A DNA stretch of 64,000 bases from Narcine bancroftii (Eukaryota), in NCBI RefSeq assembly GCF_036971445.1, contig NC_091480.1:69130001-69194000 (forward strand), in the 5' to 3' direction. Numbering within the stretch: position 1 is the first letter of the stretch; every line of letters starts with the position of its first letter. The translations under genes and the position numbers were made by a program. Shown here piece after piece: positions 1 to 11,552 of this stretch. The notes below the pieces were generated by a model. The model worked only from the letters and a program-made list of their open reading frames with translations, was not told the DNA's origin and ran no database searches.

Positions 1-214
1 ACCATGTTGGATGTTCAGATCTGGAGCTCGGGTTGCCGATGATTTGGACTGGACTCTATGAGGATGCAGGGGCACTGGAAGTGAATCCACAGACTTGACA
101 AAAAAAATGGTTTGGCACAGATTAGAAGGGCTGAAGGCCTGTTTTCTGTGCTGCAATGTTCTATGGTTTGATAGTATAGTGTCTCAGCAGATTCCAGTCC
201 ATTTAGATGGACCA

Positions 215-645
215 ATTTTTTTCCAAAAATATACTTTATTCACAATAAATTATTTTCAATACAAGACTTTTTGTTCCAGACTTTTTACATTCATAATATC
301 AATCATATCAATACATTCTCATCATGGTACATTTTACATTTTTCCCTCCATACCCCATTACCACCACTGAGCTCCATGTCATTACTTCCCCTTCTGTTTG
401 TGGGGCTTCCCCTCAGTCTCAGCCCCTCAGTGCCTGGTGACGGACGGACTCTAGACTGCGGTCCTTCCCCACAGCGCCATCACGTTGGCTGCACCGAGCT
501 TCAGTGTGTCCCTCAGCATGTACTCCTGCAGCCTGGAATGTGCCAGTCGACAGCGTTCCCTCACCGACATCTCCGTGTGCTGGAAGACCAACAGGTTTCG
601 AACCGACTAAAGAGAATAGCCAGGACGTGTTGCCACTGAGCAAGT
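215..645 (-). mobile_element. 3' end fragment of an L1/Tx1-clade LINE
   Basis: Minus strand reads SVRNLLVFQHTEMSVRERCRLAHSRLQEYMLRDTLKLGAANVMALWGRTAV*, resembling a Tx1-type ORF2 C-terminus, followed by AATAAA and an A-rich tail near 215-240. Family assignment is from recall. Confidence 0.5.
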
Positions 646-1129
646 GACCTCAGAGTGTGTGTGTGCTCACAGAGCACATTGTCCAATGCCTGTCACAGCT
701 CAGTAACTTAGCTTGCTGAGATATTCTTAATCAAAAGGATGGTGAGATGACAATTCAATTAAAGAGACGGTGCAGTGAGAAACGGCTTTGGTCATTGTTG
801 GCTGCCTGAGGACCCACAGAAACCTTGAAGGTGAGGTCTTCGGTTACTTGGTCAACACCAGAATGAAATTAGCTGCAAGAGACTGTTGGATTTAGCTGAG
901 CTTGGAACTTGGAGAAAGAACCCCACGGGTTAGCGCAAGTACCTGCACGTTCTTAGTGTGTGGGGGTGAAAGATGAGCTTGGGTTTCCCCCTTCCGCAGT
1001 TGCCTCTTGTGACATAGACTAGTTGTCCAGTCCAGTCTGTTACCATAGACTCTGGGGCAATTCTGGAGAGCTGGCAGCTCCCAACAGAGGTTCCATGTGC
1101 AGAATGCTCCCAACCCTTTCTGGACCAGA

Positions 1130-1630
1130 TGCGTCATGGGGACACCACTACCTCTGTGCATAAAGCCCTGCGAAAGTTAGTGGACACAGCCCAGGACATC
1201 ACAGGCAAAACCTTCCCCACCATTGAGTGGGAACGCTGCCGTCGGAGAGCAGCAGCAATCGTCAAGGATCCACACCACCCAGCACACGCTCTGTTCTCGC
1301 TGCTGCCATCAGGAAAGAGGTGTAGGTGCCACAAGACTTGCCCCACCAAGTTCAGGAACAGCTGCTCCCCCTCCACCATTAGACTCCTCAATGACAAACT
1401 CAATCAGGGGCTCATTTAAGGACTTAATTGTGCACTTTATTGATTTTTAAAAATCTCTGTATTGAACAGTCTGTCTGTTTACATTCATTATCTGTTTACA
1501 GTTCCTTATTTCTTTACACGTATACACTGTGTACAGTTTATTTGCGCTACCAATTAGTGGTAATTCTGCCGTGCCCGCAGGAGAAAATCTCAGGGCTGCA
1601 TATGATGTCATACACGAACTCTGACAGGAA
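1130..1630 (+). mobile_element. Rex1/Babar-type LINE 3' fragment
   Basis: Translation ALRKLVDTAQDITG...RAAAIVKDPHHPAHALFSLLPSGKR is the typical Rex1-type RT C-terminus, followed by an AT-rich 3' UTR. Confidence 0.7.
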
Positions 1631-2249
1631 ATTGGAATGTTTCCTGTACTCTCTGATTGTCCAGCATCTACAATTTTTTGATTTTCATTTTTGATTTTTA
1701 GCTCTAAAAGCCAACTTGATAAAGCAGATCAGCCAAATCACATTGCGTAAGGTTATTTGCTGGAGTTGCATGCTGTGTGGGTTATTACACCTGATTATGA
1801 TGGCATTGCCGCGTGAAGCAGAATAACATTGTGTGACGGACTGCAGCATCGTAACTGCTTTTCCTGTGGTATCTTCACATGGCACATACATCTGTGAGTT
1901 TCATTTTAAAGTTCAAGTTCCAGTTCATTGTCGAATGTCTTCCAGAACTATAAGTACACCACTTCCACCTGCTCCCCTCTAACATCAAAGAGCTGCAGTT
2001 AAACATGTCTTGCCCCTTCTATGCTGTGTCTGGCTGAGGGAACAATTCCTGGCCAGATCTTTTGCTATTTCTTCCTTAATGAATTAACATACCCAAGTAA
2101 AGATCTGGACCACTGCAATTCACCTCTCGTCACAATTGCTAGACAAAAGTTAAAGAATTTCATATATGTTACATTATAAATGTAATATTATGTGGCAATA
2201 ATGGAACCTTGACCTTTACCTTTAAGAAAGCAGCCTCTCTCCTCAAGGG

Positions 2250-2891
2250 CAGGGCCAATGCAACCATTAGGCCAACTAGGCAGCCGTCTTGGGTGCAGAC
2301 CTCAGAGGGGTGCTGTCAGGGTGGCCAGATGTCTGGAGTAGGGGTCAAATGTACAAAAGTGTACGTACTTTATTAGTCAGCTTCCTGGGATCCGTTGGCT
2401 GGGCATGGCCATCTTTGTTCTTGCGCGAGTGCCACCTGGCGCATACACGGGTTTGGGGATGGCAGTTCGGTTGGCGCATGCGTGATAGTTAAGGGCAAAA
2501 ATTCAGATCGTTGGACATTGTACAACGTGGCGGCGGCGTAGAGGGCGACGGGTTGGTTATGCCAAGTACCTTTACAGGTGCCTAGACTTAAAGGTGTGTG
2601 AAGTGAAATGTTTGAATGTTGTGTTGCCCTTGGCGGAGGGATACATTCTACTAAGTGCCCTTTGGTGCAAAATGATTTGTGTGACAAAATATTTTCTTTA
2701 GTATTTGAGAAAGGTGATCAAAGATCGATGTGTGATTTATTCTTGCAATTTAAAATAAATTTATTCAAGTTTTGTGCTTTTCATTTTTTACTCAAAACAT
2801 CCGTTTTTGAAAATTGGTTGGCAATTTTTTTTGGGGGGGGTGCAAGTAGTTGGCCTTGCCCTGGGTGCAAAATCGTCTGGCAGCTGCTCTG
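2250..2891. mobile_element. Non-autonomous hAT-type DNA transposon nested in a Rex1-type fragment
   Basis: Ends CAGGGCC...GCTCTG; 8-bp TSD CTCAAGGG (2242-2249) / CTCAAGGA (2892-2899). The flanks rejoin into a Rex1-type 3' end (KAAS.LKDPHHPG) running to about 3115. Confidence 0.7.
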
Positions 2892-3116
2892 CTCAAGGAC
2901 CCCCACCACCCAGGCCGTGCCCTCTCCACTCTGCTACCATCGGAGACAAGGCACAGGAGCCTGAAGACGAGCACTCAGCGGCGCAAGGATAGCTTCTTCC
3001 CCTCTGCCATCAGATTCCTGAATAAACAGGAACTATTTTTATTTATGTTGTGGTTTATATGAATGTTTTGCTGCCGCAAAATAACAAATTCATGACAATA
3101 AATTCTGATTCTGACT

Positions 3117-3962
3117 AGCGGACGGTGAGGAAGGTTTTCAAAGCATGCAAAGGGTTCTAGACCAACTGGAGAAATGGGATGAAAAATAGCAGATGGAGTT
3201 TAATGCAGACAAGTGTCAGGTGATACAGACAAATCACGAAAGGACATGCATGGTAAATGGTTGGACACTGAGGAGTGTGGAGGAACAAAAGGATCTGGGA
3301 ATATAGACACATAATTCCCTGTGAAAGTGGCATCACAGGTAGACAGGGTTGTGAAGAAATCTTTTGACATCTTGGTCTTCATAAATCAAAGTATTGAGTA
3401 CAGGAGTTGGGATGTTATGGTAAAGTTGCATAAGACATTGGTGAGGCCAAATTTGGAGTATTGTGTGCAGTTCTAGGTGCCTAACTACAGGAAGGATATC
3501 AGTAAGGTTGAAAGAGTGCAAAGAAGTTTTACTAGGATGTTGCCGGGTCTTCAGGAACTGAGTTACAGGGAAAGATTAAACAGGTTAGGACTTTATTCCC
3601 TGGAGTGTAGAAGAATGAGGGGAGATTTGATAGAGGTATTTTAAATTATGAGGAGGATAGACAGAGTAAATGTGAGTAGGCTCTTTCCACTTAGATTAGG
3701 AGAGATATATATGAGAGGACATAGTTTTAGGGTAAAAGGTTTAGAGGGAACTTCTTCACTAAGAATGTGGTGGGAGTGTGGAGTGAGCTGCCATCTGACG
3801 TGGTGAATGCAGGCTCACTTGAGTTTTAAGAATAAATTGGATAGATACGTGGATGGGAGAGGTCTGGAGGGTTATGGACTGGGTGCAGGTCATTGGGACT
3901 AGGAGAATGATGTTTTGACACAGGGCTGAAGGGCCTGTTTTCAGAGCTGTTGTTTTCTATGG
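3117..3962 (+). mobile_element. Degenerate CR1 LINE 3' fragment
   Basis: Disrupted CR1 RT C-terminal motifs (QMEFNADKC, LVRPNLEYCV, LGLYSLE.RRMRGDLIEV) and a CR1-type tail. Confidence 0.85.
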
Positions 3963-4490
3963 CTTCGAGCCTTTTCCAACTACAGACATTAAGCTAACTG
4001 GCCCATTTGCCTTTTATTTATCTCTTTGCTTAAAAAAAGTGGGGGGCATTTGCTGTCTTCTAACCTACAAAGATCTGTCCAGAGAATTTCAGCAAATTAT
4101 CATAGACACCTGCTCTCTCGACTGCCTTTTCTATCAGTACGCTGGGATGCATTTCATCGGGACCAGGGGACTTCTCCCACCTTTTGGGCCCATGAGTTTG
4201 CCCAGCAACCTCTTCAATGATAGCGATTGCATTGAGGTTCCCACCTCTTCCTTAACATCCATCTGAGCTGGTGCCCATGAATTCAAACTGGAACTTGACG
4301 ATCACCGCGACATTGCAACAATCATCCAGGTGGTAATTTCGATGCCACTTGCATTGGTAAGAACCAGCGAGAGATCACTGGCGTGGAGTGAAAGTCAGCC
4401 TGTAACTTTTAGGTCCAACTTTATGAGGGCAGATTTCAGTGAGCGAGAAAGTGAGAGTCCACACCAAATCATTCAAAATCCAAAGATCAA

Positions 4491-4496
4491 TTTATT
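4491..4496 (-). terminator. Probable polyadenylation signal of the Reprimo-family gene
   Basis: AATAAA on the minus strand about 850 nt downstream of the stop at 5339. Confidence 0.55.
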
Positions 4497-5338
4497 GGCA
4501 ATGATTTCAACACAAAGCACAGGAGAAATCGCACATTTGTGATTTTAATCAACAGGAAAGCTATTGAATGAACACAGCAGAAAGCAGTCACCCCCACCAA
4601 AAAGTGAACGGGATAAAAGCCCCTCCTCGTTCCCTTGGCAGTGTCTTTGTCCACGGTGCAACTTGCACACTTTCAACAGGTTATCCAACAGAGTCCCAAA
4701 GCCTTTACACTTGCCCAGAAGTTTTCTGTTCCTGCCGGAAGGTTTAACGCTCTTCGCCTCATTAAACCCTGGTCCTCTCCTTATGGCCCAAGTTACACAT
4801 GAACATGTGCCTTCCTACCAGGTTCTTGTTTGCATCCTCTTGCATCTCTCCACGTGGGAGAGGGGTGGGGGATGGGGGGGGATCAGGAAGGGTCCCCCCT
4901 CATTGCAATGGAGGGGAGAGCACTGCTTTGGGGCGGTGGAGTGCCCCTCCGTCGAGCGAGCACGGGGGTCTGAGAACTGACAAGCCAGACAAGCCCCTTT
5001 AAATGGAACCAGCAGCGTCCCTGGAGAGGAATATTCAGCATTTCACACGTTGGGAGGGAGGATGAATCCACGGGAAATCGTTCATCGAATGCGTGGAATG
5101 AATCCCATCAGCATTTGTCTTCACTCAAACCGGCGTCCCGTTCTCTCCCCCCCACCCCCCTGATCATCTCCCACCCCGAGACAAGCTGTTGGGAACTCAG
5201 CCTCCTTCCTGCCCTCTCTCCGGGGCGAGTTCATAGTCCTCTCGAGAATCGAAGGTCCCGCTTTAGGGAGGACGGCGATTCGTGGTTACCCCCCCCCCCC
5301 AACGGACTTGGGGGGGAGGAGGAAGGGTGGTGGGAGAA

Positions 5339-5656
5339 TCAGAACGAGCCGATAATGATAGCCTCCACCTCTTTGGACGGTCTCCGCTCCCTCACCAGGA
5401 GGTTGACCATGCTCTCCGACTTGATGAGCAGGTTGCAGGCCAGGAAGAAGATGCCGAAGATGACGGTCAGGCACAGGACGCAGAGGACAGCGATCTGGAC
5501 CACTTTCATGATGTAGAAGCTTTGCTGGTCCCGAGCGGACGCCCCGAGCCCGGCGTCGCTCGCAAGCCAGGTGTAGTTGCAGCAGGTGAGCACGGCCCGA
5601 ACGGCGTCGGCCTTCGCCGGCTCAGAAGAAACATTCATCGGCCAAGTCGAATTCAT
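5339..5656 (-). CDS. Reprimo-family single-pass glycoprotein, 105 aa, intronless; candidate RPRM3
   Basis: [10 protein letters not shown]...VRAVLTCC...[60 protein letters not shown] matches the Reprimo signature. N-glycosylation sequons NST, NVS, NYT; GC-rich. The first in-frame ATG is at 5656; the ORF-track start at 5863 is a TTG. Confidence 0.93.
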   Translation of the reverse strand: MNSTWPMNVSSEPAKADAVRAVLTCCNYTWLASDAGLGASARDQQSFYIMKVVQIAVLCVLCLTVIFGIFFLACNLLIKSESMVNLLVRERRPSKEVEAIIIGSF

Positions 5657-5969
5657 TCTTCCCCGACACCGACCTGCCCAGAGAGTGCGGCTTGCCTGGT
5701 GCGCCCTGCGGGGATGGTCCCCCAACACGCGTGCTCTTTCTCCCCGCCCTCCTTCCTCCCTCGCAGACAGTGAGACCTCACACCTTGTCACTTGCACCGA
5801 CTTTTCCTGGCGACTTTTATAGTTTGGGTTAAACCATTTGCGCTCTGCAGAGGGGGTTTCCAACCAGCTTTACTGCAATCGCTGGATTCCTGCTTTCAGC
5901 TCGCTGCTTCTGCACTCTGGCTTTGGGGGTGGCCTTCTCGCCGCTCCTGTCTCCAGGTCTGCCTTCCAA

Positions 5970-6225
5970 TCCACCTGCCCCCACTTTCTCCCTCCCCCCC
6001 CTCCCTCCTCTGGTGGGGTGTGAGTCCACCTGCCCCACTCTCTCCCCCCCTCCCTCCCCTAGTGGGGTGTGAGTCCACCTGCCCCACTCTCTCCCTTCCC
6101 CCCTCCCTCCCCTAGTGGGATGTGAGTCCAGCTGCCCCACTCTCCCTCCCCCCCACCTCCCCTGGGGTGTGAGTCCAACTGCCCCACTCTACCACCCCCC
6201 CACCCCACCTCCCCTGGGGTGTGAG
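5970..6225. repeat. About 50-bp C-rich minisatellite, about 5 copies, upstream of the Reprimo-family gene
   Basis: Repeated GGGGTGTGAGTCCACCTGCCCCACTCTC plus C-tracts. Confidence 0.85.
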
Positions 6226-6629
6226 GTTTCAGCCTCCCGACCCAGCAGAGCGCAAGGCTACAAGGCGTGTGACCGACTCGGGTGCTGGGGGAAGGCCAGG
6301 GTTTTCGCTGGGCAATGTGCCATCTGGCTCCAGGACATGGTGACACTGGGGCACGGAATTGGACCCATGCTTGCAGTGGGGCATGAGGGAAATGACTCCT
6401 GGTGTGGATGAAATCGAGCAACCATCAGGGACTAGAAAAGATTCCCGACAGAAATCAAGACAGAAAATGGTCCAAACACTCAACAGGTTGAGCAGCATCT
6501 GTGAGGAGGGAGACAAAATTAGTGTCTCAGGTCAAAAGACTCTTCCTTCAAATGAGGAAGAGAAAAAAAAATAGATTTCAATTTCAGATTTATTGTCATA
6601 CATCATTGGTGCACCATTCGGCCAAGTTT

Positions 6630-7065
6630 CTGTATGCACCCCTTTTATACAACCCACTACCGTGGTATCATCAGCGAATTTGTAGATGGTGTTATTGTCA
6701 TATCAAGCCACACAGTCGTAGGTGTGAAGCGAGTAGAGCAGGGGATTAAGAACATTGCCCTGTGGTTCTCGGGTACTGATGCAGATTGTGGAGGAGAAGT
6801 TCTTTCCAACCTCACTGGTCTGGAGGTGAGGAAATCCAAGATCCAATCACACAGTGTGGTGTTGAGTCCGAGGTCTTGGAGTTTGCTGATCAGTTTTGAA
6901 GGGCCTGATGGTGTTAAATGCCGAACTGTAGTAGATAAAGAGCATCCTGATGAATGCATCTTTACTGTCCAAGTGACCCAGGGCTTTGTGTAGAACCAGT
7001 GAGATGCCATCCACTGTAGACCTGTTGCTGCAGTAGCTTAATTGGAACAGATCCATGTCACCATA
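6630..7065 (-). mobile_element. Rex1-type reverse transcriptase fragment
   Basis: [14 protein letters not shown] and LISKLQDLGLNTTLCDWILDFLT motifs, with frameshifts. Confidence 0.8.
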
Positions 7066-7498
7066 ATTTCAATTTATTTTAAATTGCAGATTTGAGAAAA
7101 GGCTGGATGGGGCAAAGAGAATATCTCTGATGTAGTGATGTCTGGATCACTGTGGAGATGAGCTGTAAATGAGGCCATCTGGTTAATGAGAAGATTTAGA
7201 GAGCAAGATCAAGGCCCCTTGACCACAAAAGCAATGAAACAACAGGAGTCAGAGAATGAGACTACAGATAAAGGTGTGAAAGGGGTGAAATTCAGAGCTC
7301 CATGATGTGCCCAGAAGGTCATGCTGTGCTAACGAACAGGGAAAATCTGAGGTAATATCTTTGATGATACAAATAGGAAAAGCTAGTTACCTGATAGAAT
7401 GTCATATTCAGGCCTTCTGGGGCGCACCCAGACAGAAGATGAAGTGTTCTTCTTCAAGTTTATGTTAGGAATTGTTATAACAGTGCAGGAGACCTGTA

Positions 7499-7759
7499 GT
7501 GTGGATTGTTTGGGGTCACGTAACCTCTCCGTCTGGAACCTGGTGGGAGTGTGGTTTGAGGAGGGACACGTGACCTCTCAGTCTGGAACCTGGTGGGAGT
7601 GTGGATTGTGGAGGGTTACGTGACCTCTCTGGCTGCAGCATGGTGGGAATGTGGATTGTGGAGGGTCACGTGACCTCTCCATCAGGAACCTGGTGGGAAT
7701 GTGGATTGTGGAAGGTCATGTAACCTCTCCATCTGGAACCTGGTGGGAGTGTGGATTGT
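7499..7759. repeat. 50-bp tandem repeat, about 5 copies
   Basis: Unit GTGGATTGTGGAGGGTCACGTGACCTCTCCATCTGGAACCTGGTGGGA(G/A)T recurs at 7501, 7551, 7601, 7651, 7701 and partly 7751. Confidence 0.9.
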
Positions 7760-8794
7760 AGTGCCACTGTCTGCTGCTTCCCCCGGAGTCTGCAACCCCT
7801 CTTGGTACGCTGTCCTGCATGGCTTGGCAGCTGAAGGTGTGGCCCCAAATGGAGGGATGACTTAATTTGGGGATGAAGAAGTGGTCAGAATTTGGGGACT
7901 GCAAAGATCTTGAAGCAACAGAGGAGATTCCAGCAATTGTGAAGGAGGGCCATGGAGAAATTTGGAAACGAAGGTGAAAATTCAAAACATGAGGCATCAC
8001 ATGCACCTAAGGTGTGCATACAGGCCTGTCAGCTCAACTTGTCCATGCCGACTAAATTGCCTCCCCTAGGGAGACCCATTTGCCTGTGTTCAGCCCTTAC
8101 CCCTCTAAATGTTTCCTTTCCACGCTCCCTCTTCCTTCTCTACTCTCAGAGAACCTCTGACATCTCTACCTTCTTCCAACAATCATGTCTTGTAAAAGTT
8201 GCAATTGTCCCTGCCTCTATCACTTCCTCTGGCAGCTCATTTTATCTACCCACCCTCTGTGTGGAAAAGCTTCCCCCTCAGATTCCTTTTAAATCTTTTC
8301 CCTCTCACCCTAAACCTGTGGCCTCTAGTTTTAGACTCCACTACCTTGGGGAAAAGTTAGATGGGGGTCAGGGCCAGAGTTTTACCCCTCATTTAAACAA
8401 TGAACAGTGCTGGGCTCTCTCTCTCTATTCTCAGGGAAGCTCTGAGATCTCGACCTTCTTCCAATGTTTCTGTATTGGGGACTGTGAGGGTAAATCCTGA
8501 GCGGAATTTTAGAACCTTAAGAAAACCATTGCAGTGGAGATGTGCACATTTCACGTTTAGCAGAATAATATTAGTTTTAAATGGGTCGAACTGAAAGAGT
8601 AAAACAGAATTACATCAGGCTAGTTCAACTGCAATGTTGTTAGGGAGGGCAGCTCTCAAATCCTAACAAACCAGCTTATAATTTTCTTGTCTTCAGGCAA
8701 GGCTGGAGTCTGACTGTAACCAGAAGTAGAACATTTTATCCAAGTGATGAACCAGCTCAGGACACAATACCTTTGTCATGCTGGGAGAGTTAGA

Positions 8795-8990
8795 GAGTTA
8801 TCCAGAATTCAAGCAACCGGCAAAAAAATTGTGGGAAACAAATAGGTAAAAATCACAAAAGTTTTAAATGGGTGCCCCACCCCTCCCACAGCCAGTTCAC
8901 TAATCCACAAAACATGTAGTCTCAAGCGACCAGCAAATTCATTCATTTGGTGTCTACTAATCCCCATAGATACCAGATACCGGGGGTTTT
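8795..8990. mobile_element. Tc1/mariner (Tigger-like) MITE remnant; related copy at about 40867-41078
   Basis: Shares the internal motif TTATCC..AATTCAAGCAACCGGCAAAA and CCCCATAG.TGCCG.ATAC with the 40.9 kb copy. Confidence 0.55.
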
Positions 8991-9039
8991 ACTGATGCCA
9001 TTGATTTAACTATGGCAGAACCATATTCTCCATCCAGGG

Positions 9040-9235
9040 TGGCGTGGTTAATGCAGCGGTTAGCACAACACCGTTGCAGCGCCAGCGGCTCAGGTTCGAA
9101 TCCCTTGCTGCATGGGTTTCCTCCGGGGGCTCCTGTTTCTTCCCACCCTCCAAAAATGTATGGGGGGGAGGGGTTGTAGGTCACCTGGGTGTAATTGAAC
9201 AGCACGAGGTCATGGGCCGAAAGGGCCTGTTACTC
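9040..9235 (+). mobile_element. tRNA-derived V-SINE-like element; other copies at about 14335-14460/15000-15060(+), 26155-26375(-), 29595-29830(-), 35815-36028(-), 39705-39935(-), 47625-47865(-), 52360-52560(+), 53635-53840(-)
   Basis: B-box-like GGTTCGAATCCC, core GGGTTTCCTCCGGG(G/T)GCTCC.GTTTCCTCCCAC, and 3' tail GGGCCGAAAGGGCCTGTTAC; many dispersed copies. Confidence 0.8.
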
Positions 9236-9922
9236 TCCTTACTCTGTTAGGCTGTGTACACTACTGGAAAGGTGGATTGCACTTTTCCAAGAAGTGCAGT
9301 GTGGTGGAGAGTTTCTGTTAAGACAGTTTGATGTGACTTCCTTTAACGTTTGGTCCACTGGTGCTATCTCTGTCCTGGCCTGGGTGTTAGTTGAGGGTCA
9401 AAAATAGGGTGTTTGGTGCAACCAGTGTTGATGCAGTGTTTGAACCTTCCGACTAACTGCAACTCAGTTTGTCAGCTATCCCTTTATCCTTCCCATCTTT
9501 ACCGACTTTCCCTGAACTGGATCTCCAAGGCTTTCCCATCACTTTAGATATGCCCCTCATTGGACCATCCAAAGACCCCATTCTCTGCCCTATTATAAAT
9601 GTCAATTAAAAATGATTTGTTGTTATAACTGAGCCCTTCTGAGTTCATCATCTGGTTTGTAAACCCATCAACTGTGATGGTAGGTTCCTGACTCTTTGTG
9701 TACTGAAGTTTCTCTACAACTTCTTGTGACCATCCATGGTGCACGGTTAGATTTGGATTAAATTACAACATTTAAATGTTTTGGGCCGAAGACCCTTGGA
9801 CACAACAGGGGAAGAGAGATTAAAAAAAAAGGATAGCTTTCAGTTGCAGGGAAGATGAAGGGAGGGATAGATATTGCAAAGGAAATACCTATGATTGGGC
9901 GAGACCAGGGTTGCCAGGGGAG

Positions 9923-10296
9923 CAGTGGTTCTCAACCTTTCTCTTTCCACTCACATCCCACTTTAAGTAATCCCTATGCCATTGGTGCTCTGTGATTAGT
10001 AAGGGATTGTTTAAGGTGGGATGTGGGTGGGAAGGGAAGGTTGAGATCCACTGCTCTAGACCCAATTGGTACTGAAATATTTTGCTTGAGAAAAATGGTC
10101 ATTGGCCCATTTCCTTTGGAGTTCTGAAACCGTACACATAACGAGTCAATGAGAGAGGATTAAAACAGGTTCTCAACCTTTTTCTTTCCACCCACATCCC
10201 ACCTTAAGCAATCCCTTACTAATCACAGAGTACCGATGGCTTAGGGATTACTTAAAATGGGATGTGGGTGGAAAGAAAAAGGTTGTAGAACCACTG
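9923..10296. mobile_element. hAT/Charlie-type MITE with internally repeated termini; related copies at about 49280-49568 and 52644-53015
   Basis: TIR CAGTGGTTCTCAACCTTT ... AAAAGGTTG(T)AGAACCACTG; the internal sequence is shared among three copies. Confidence 0.8.
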
Positions 10297-10339
10297 AGTT
10301 AGAGGGAAAAATGGTGGCACTGCCAGAGTTGCTGTAATG

Positions 10340-10670
10340 GCTCCTGTTTGCTGACTCATCACCCCTTTTATGCAACCCACTACCGCGGTATCGTCAGCGA
10401 ATTTGTAGATGGTGTTATTGTCGTACCAAGTCACACAGTCATAGGTGTAAAGTGAGGGGACCAAGAATGCAGCCCTGTAGTGCTCCAGTACTGATGGAGA
10501 TTGTGGAGGAGATGTTCTCACCAATCCTCACTGGTTCTGGTCTGGAGGTGAGGAAATCCACGATCCAATTACACAGTGGGGTGTTGAATCCCAGGTCTTG
10601 GAGTTTGTTGATCAGTTTTGAGGGGATGATGGTGTTAAATGCCGAACTGTAGTCGATAAAGAGCATCTTG
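10340..10670 (-). mobile_element. Rex1-type RT fragment
   Basis: [27 protein letters not shown]...[10 protein letters not shown] and YKFADDTAVVG (RT YADD-like motif). Confidence 0.85.
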
Positions 10671-11552
10671 ACTTGTGCATTGTAGATGGTGGAGAAGTTT
10701 TTGGATCCCCAGCCTCTGACCTGCTTCATTTTCTGGTCAATGGTGACACCCAGGTTCTCCTCAAGGAGAATGCCATTGAATGTCAGGGGTAGATATCTCT
10801 TGTTGGAGATGGTCATGGCCCAAGATTTGTGTGGAACTTGACACTCATTCAGCCCATGCCTGAGTACTGTCTGGGTCTGTTTTTATACCTGACCTGGATA
10901 ATCAGAACTGGATCATTCACTTAGCACGGCTGTGTGTTAATTGAAAACATTTTGGCCTTGTCTTCTCTGCTCGGCTGACTGCCTCTTGCCTAAGATCTCA
11001 CAGGCAAAATGATGTTTTCCTGACTGCAGCCCCAGGCTGTGTGCGGTTCCCACTCTTTCTCAGTGATGAATTCACAAGGCATCCAAATACTTTAGATAAA
11101 AGACATTGCCAGGTTGAAAGGAGAGCTTTGAAATCTCCACCAGTTCTTCCAATTTCTTTCAGGAAAAGTGCAACTGCCAGCTCTTTCCGATTTGAGGAAA
11201 GATAGCCTTTGCCCACCTCTGGAATCTGACATTTCGGTGACTCAGACTGAGCTCCATGTCCAGTGTGCCAGCTGCAAAATCGATTGTTCATCGGGCTATA
11301 TGTGGATTGTGGTGCATTTAAACGGTTCCTGGTACATTGTAGATCCTTTTATTCGCTCCTGAAGCTCGCCAGTCCAAAGTCTCAATGTGAAAGCCCATCC
11401 AGAACAGACCTTTCAGACCTTTGCACCCCATTCACACACACCTTCTCTCCCTGTCTCCACATTTCGATCTCTTTCAGCACACACTCCCTGCTGGCCATCC
11501 ACCTCGTGCTCTCGGGAGAGGGGTCAGTGCTGTGGGTTGGACACTGGTCTGG

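Noticed and set aside
5115-5773. Plus-strand ORFs of 133 and 163 aa overlapping the Reprimo gene
   Set aside because: Antisense shadows of a GC-rich CDS with no recognisable domain.
5657-5863. 69-aa N-terminal extension of the Reprimo ORF in the ORF track
   Set aside because: It starts at TTG and has no family similarity; the ATG at 5656 gives the normal Reprimo length.
6300-6400. p53 response element upstream of the Reprimo-family gene
   Set aside because: Only isolated CATG cores; no paired RRRCWWGYYY half-sites seen.
9040-9110. tRNA gene
   Set aside because: The B-box-like GGTTCGAATCCC belongs to a SINE head; no full cloverleaf.
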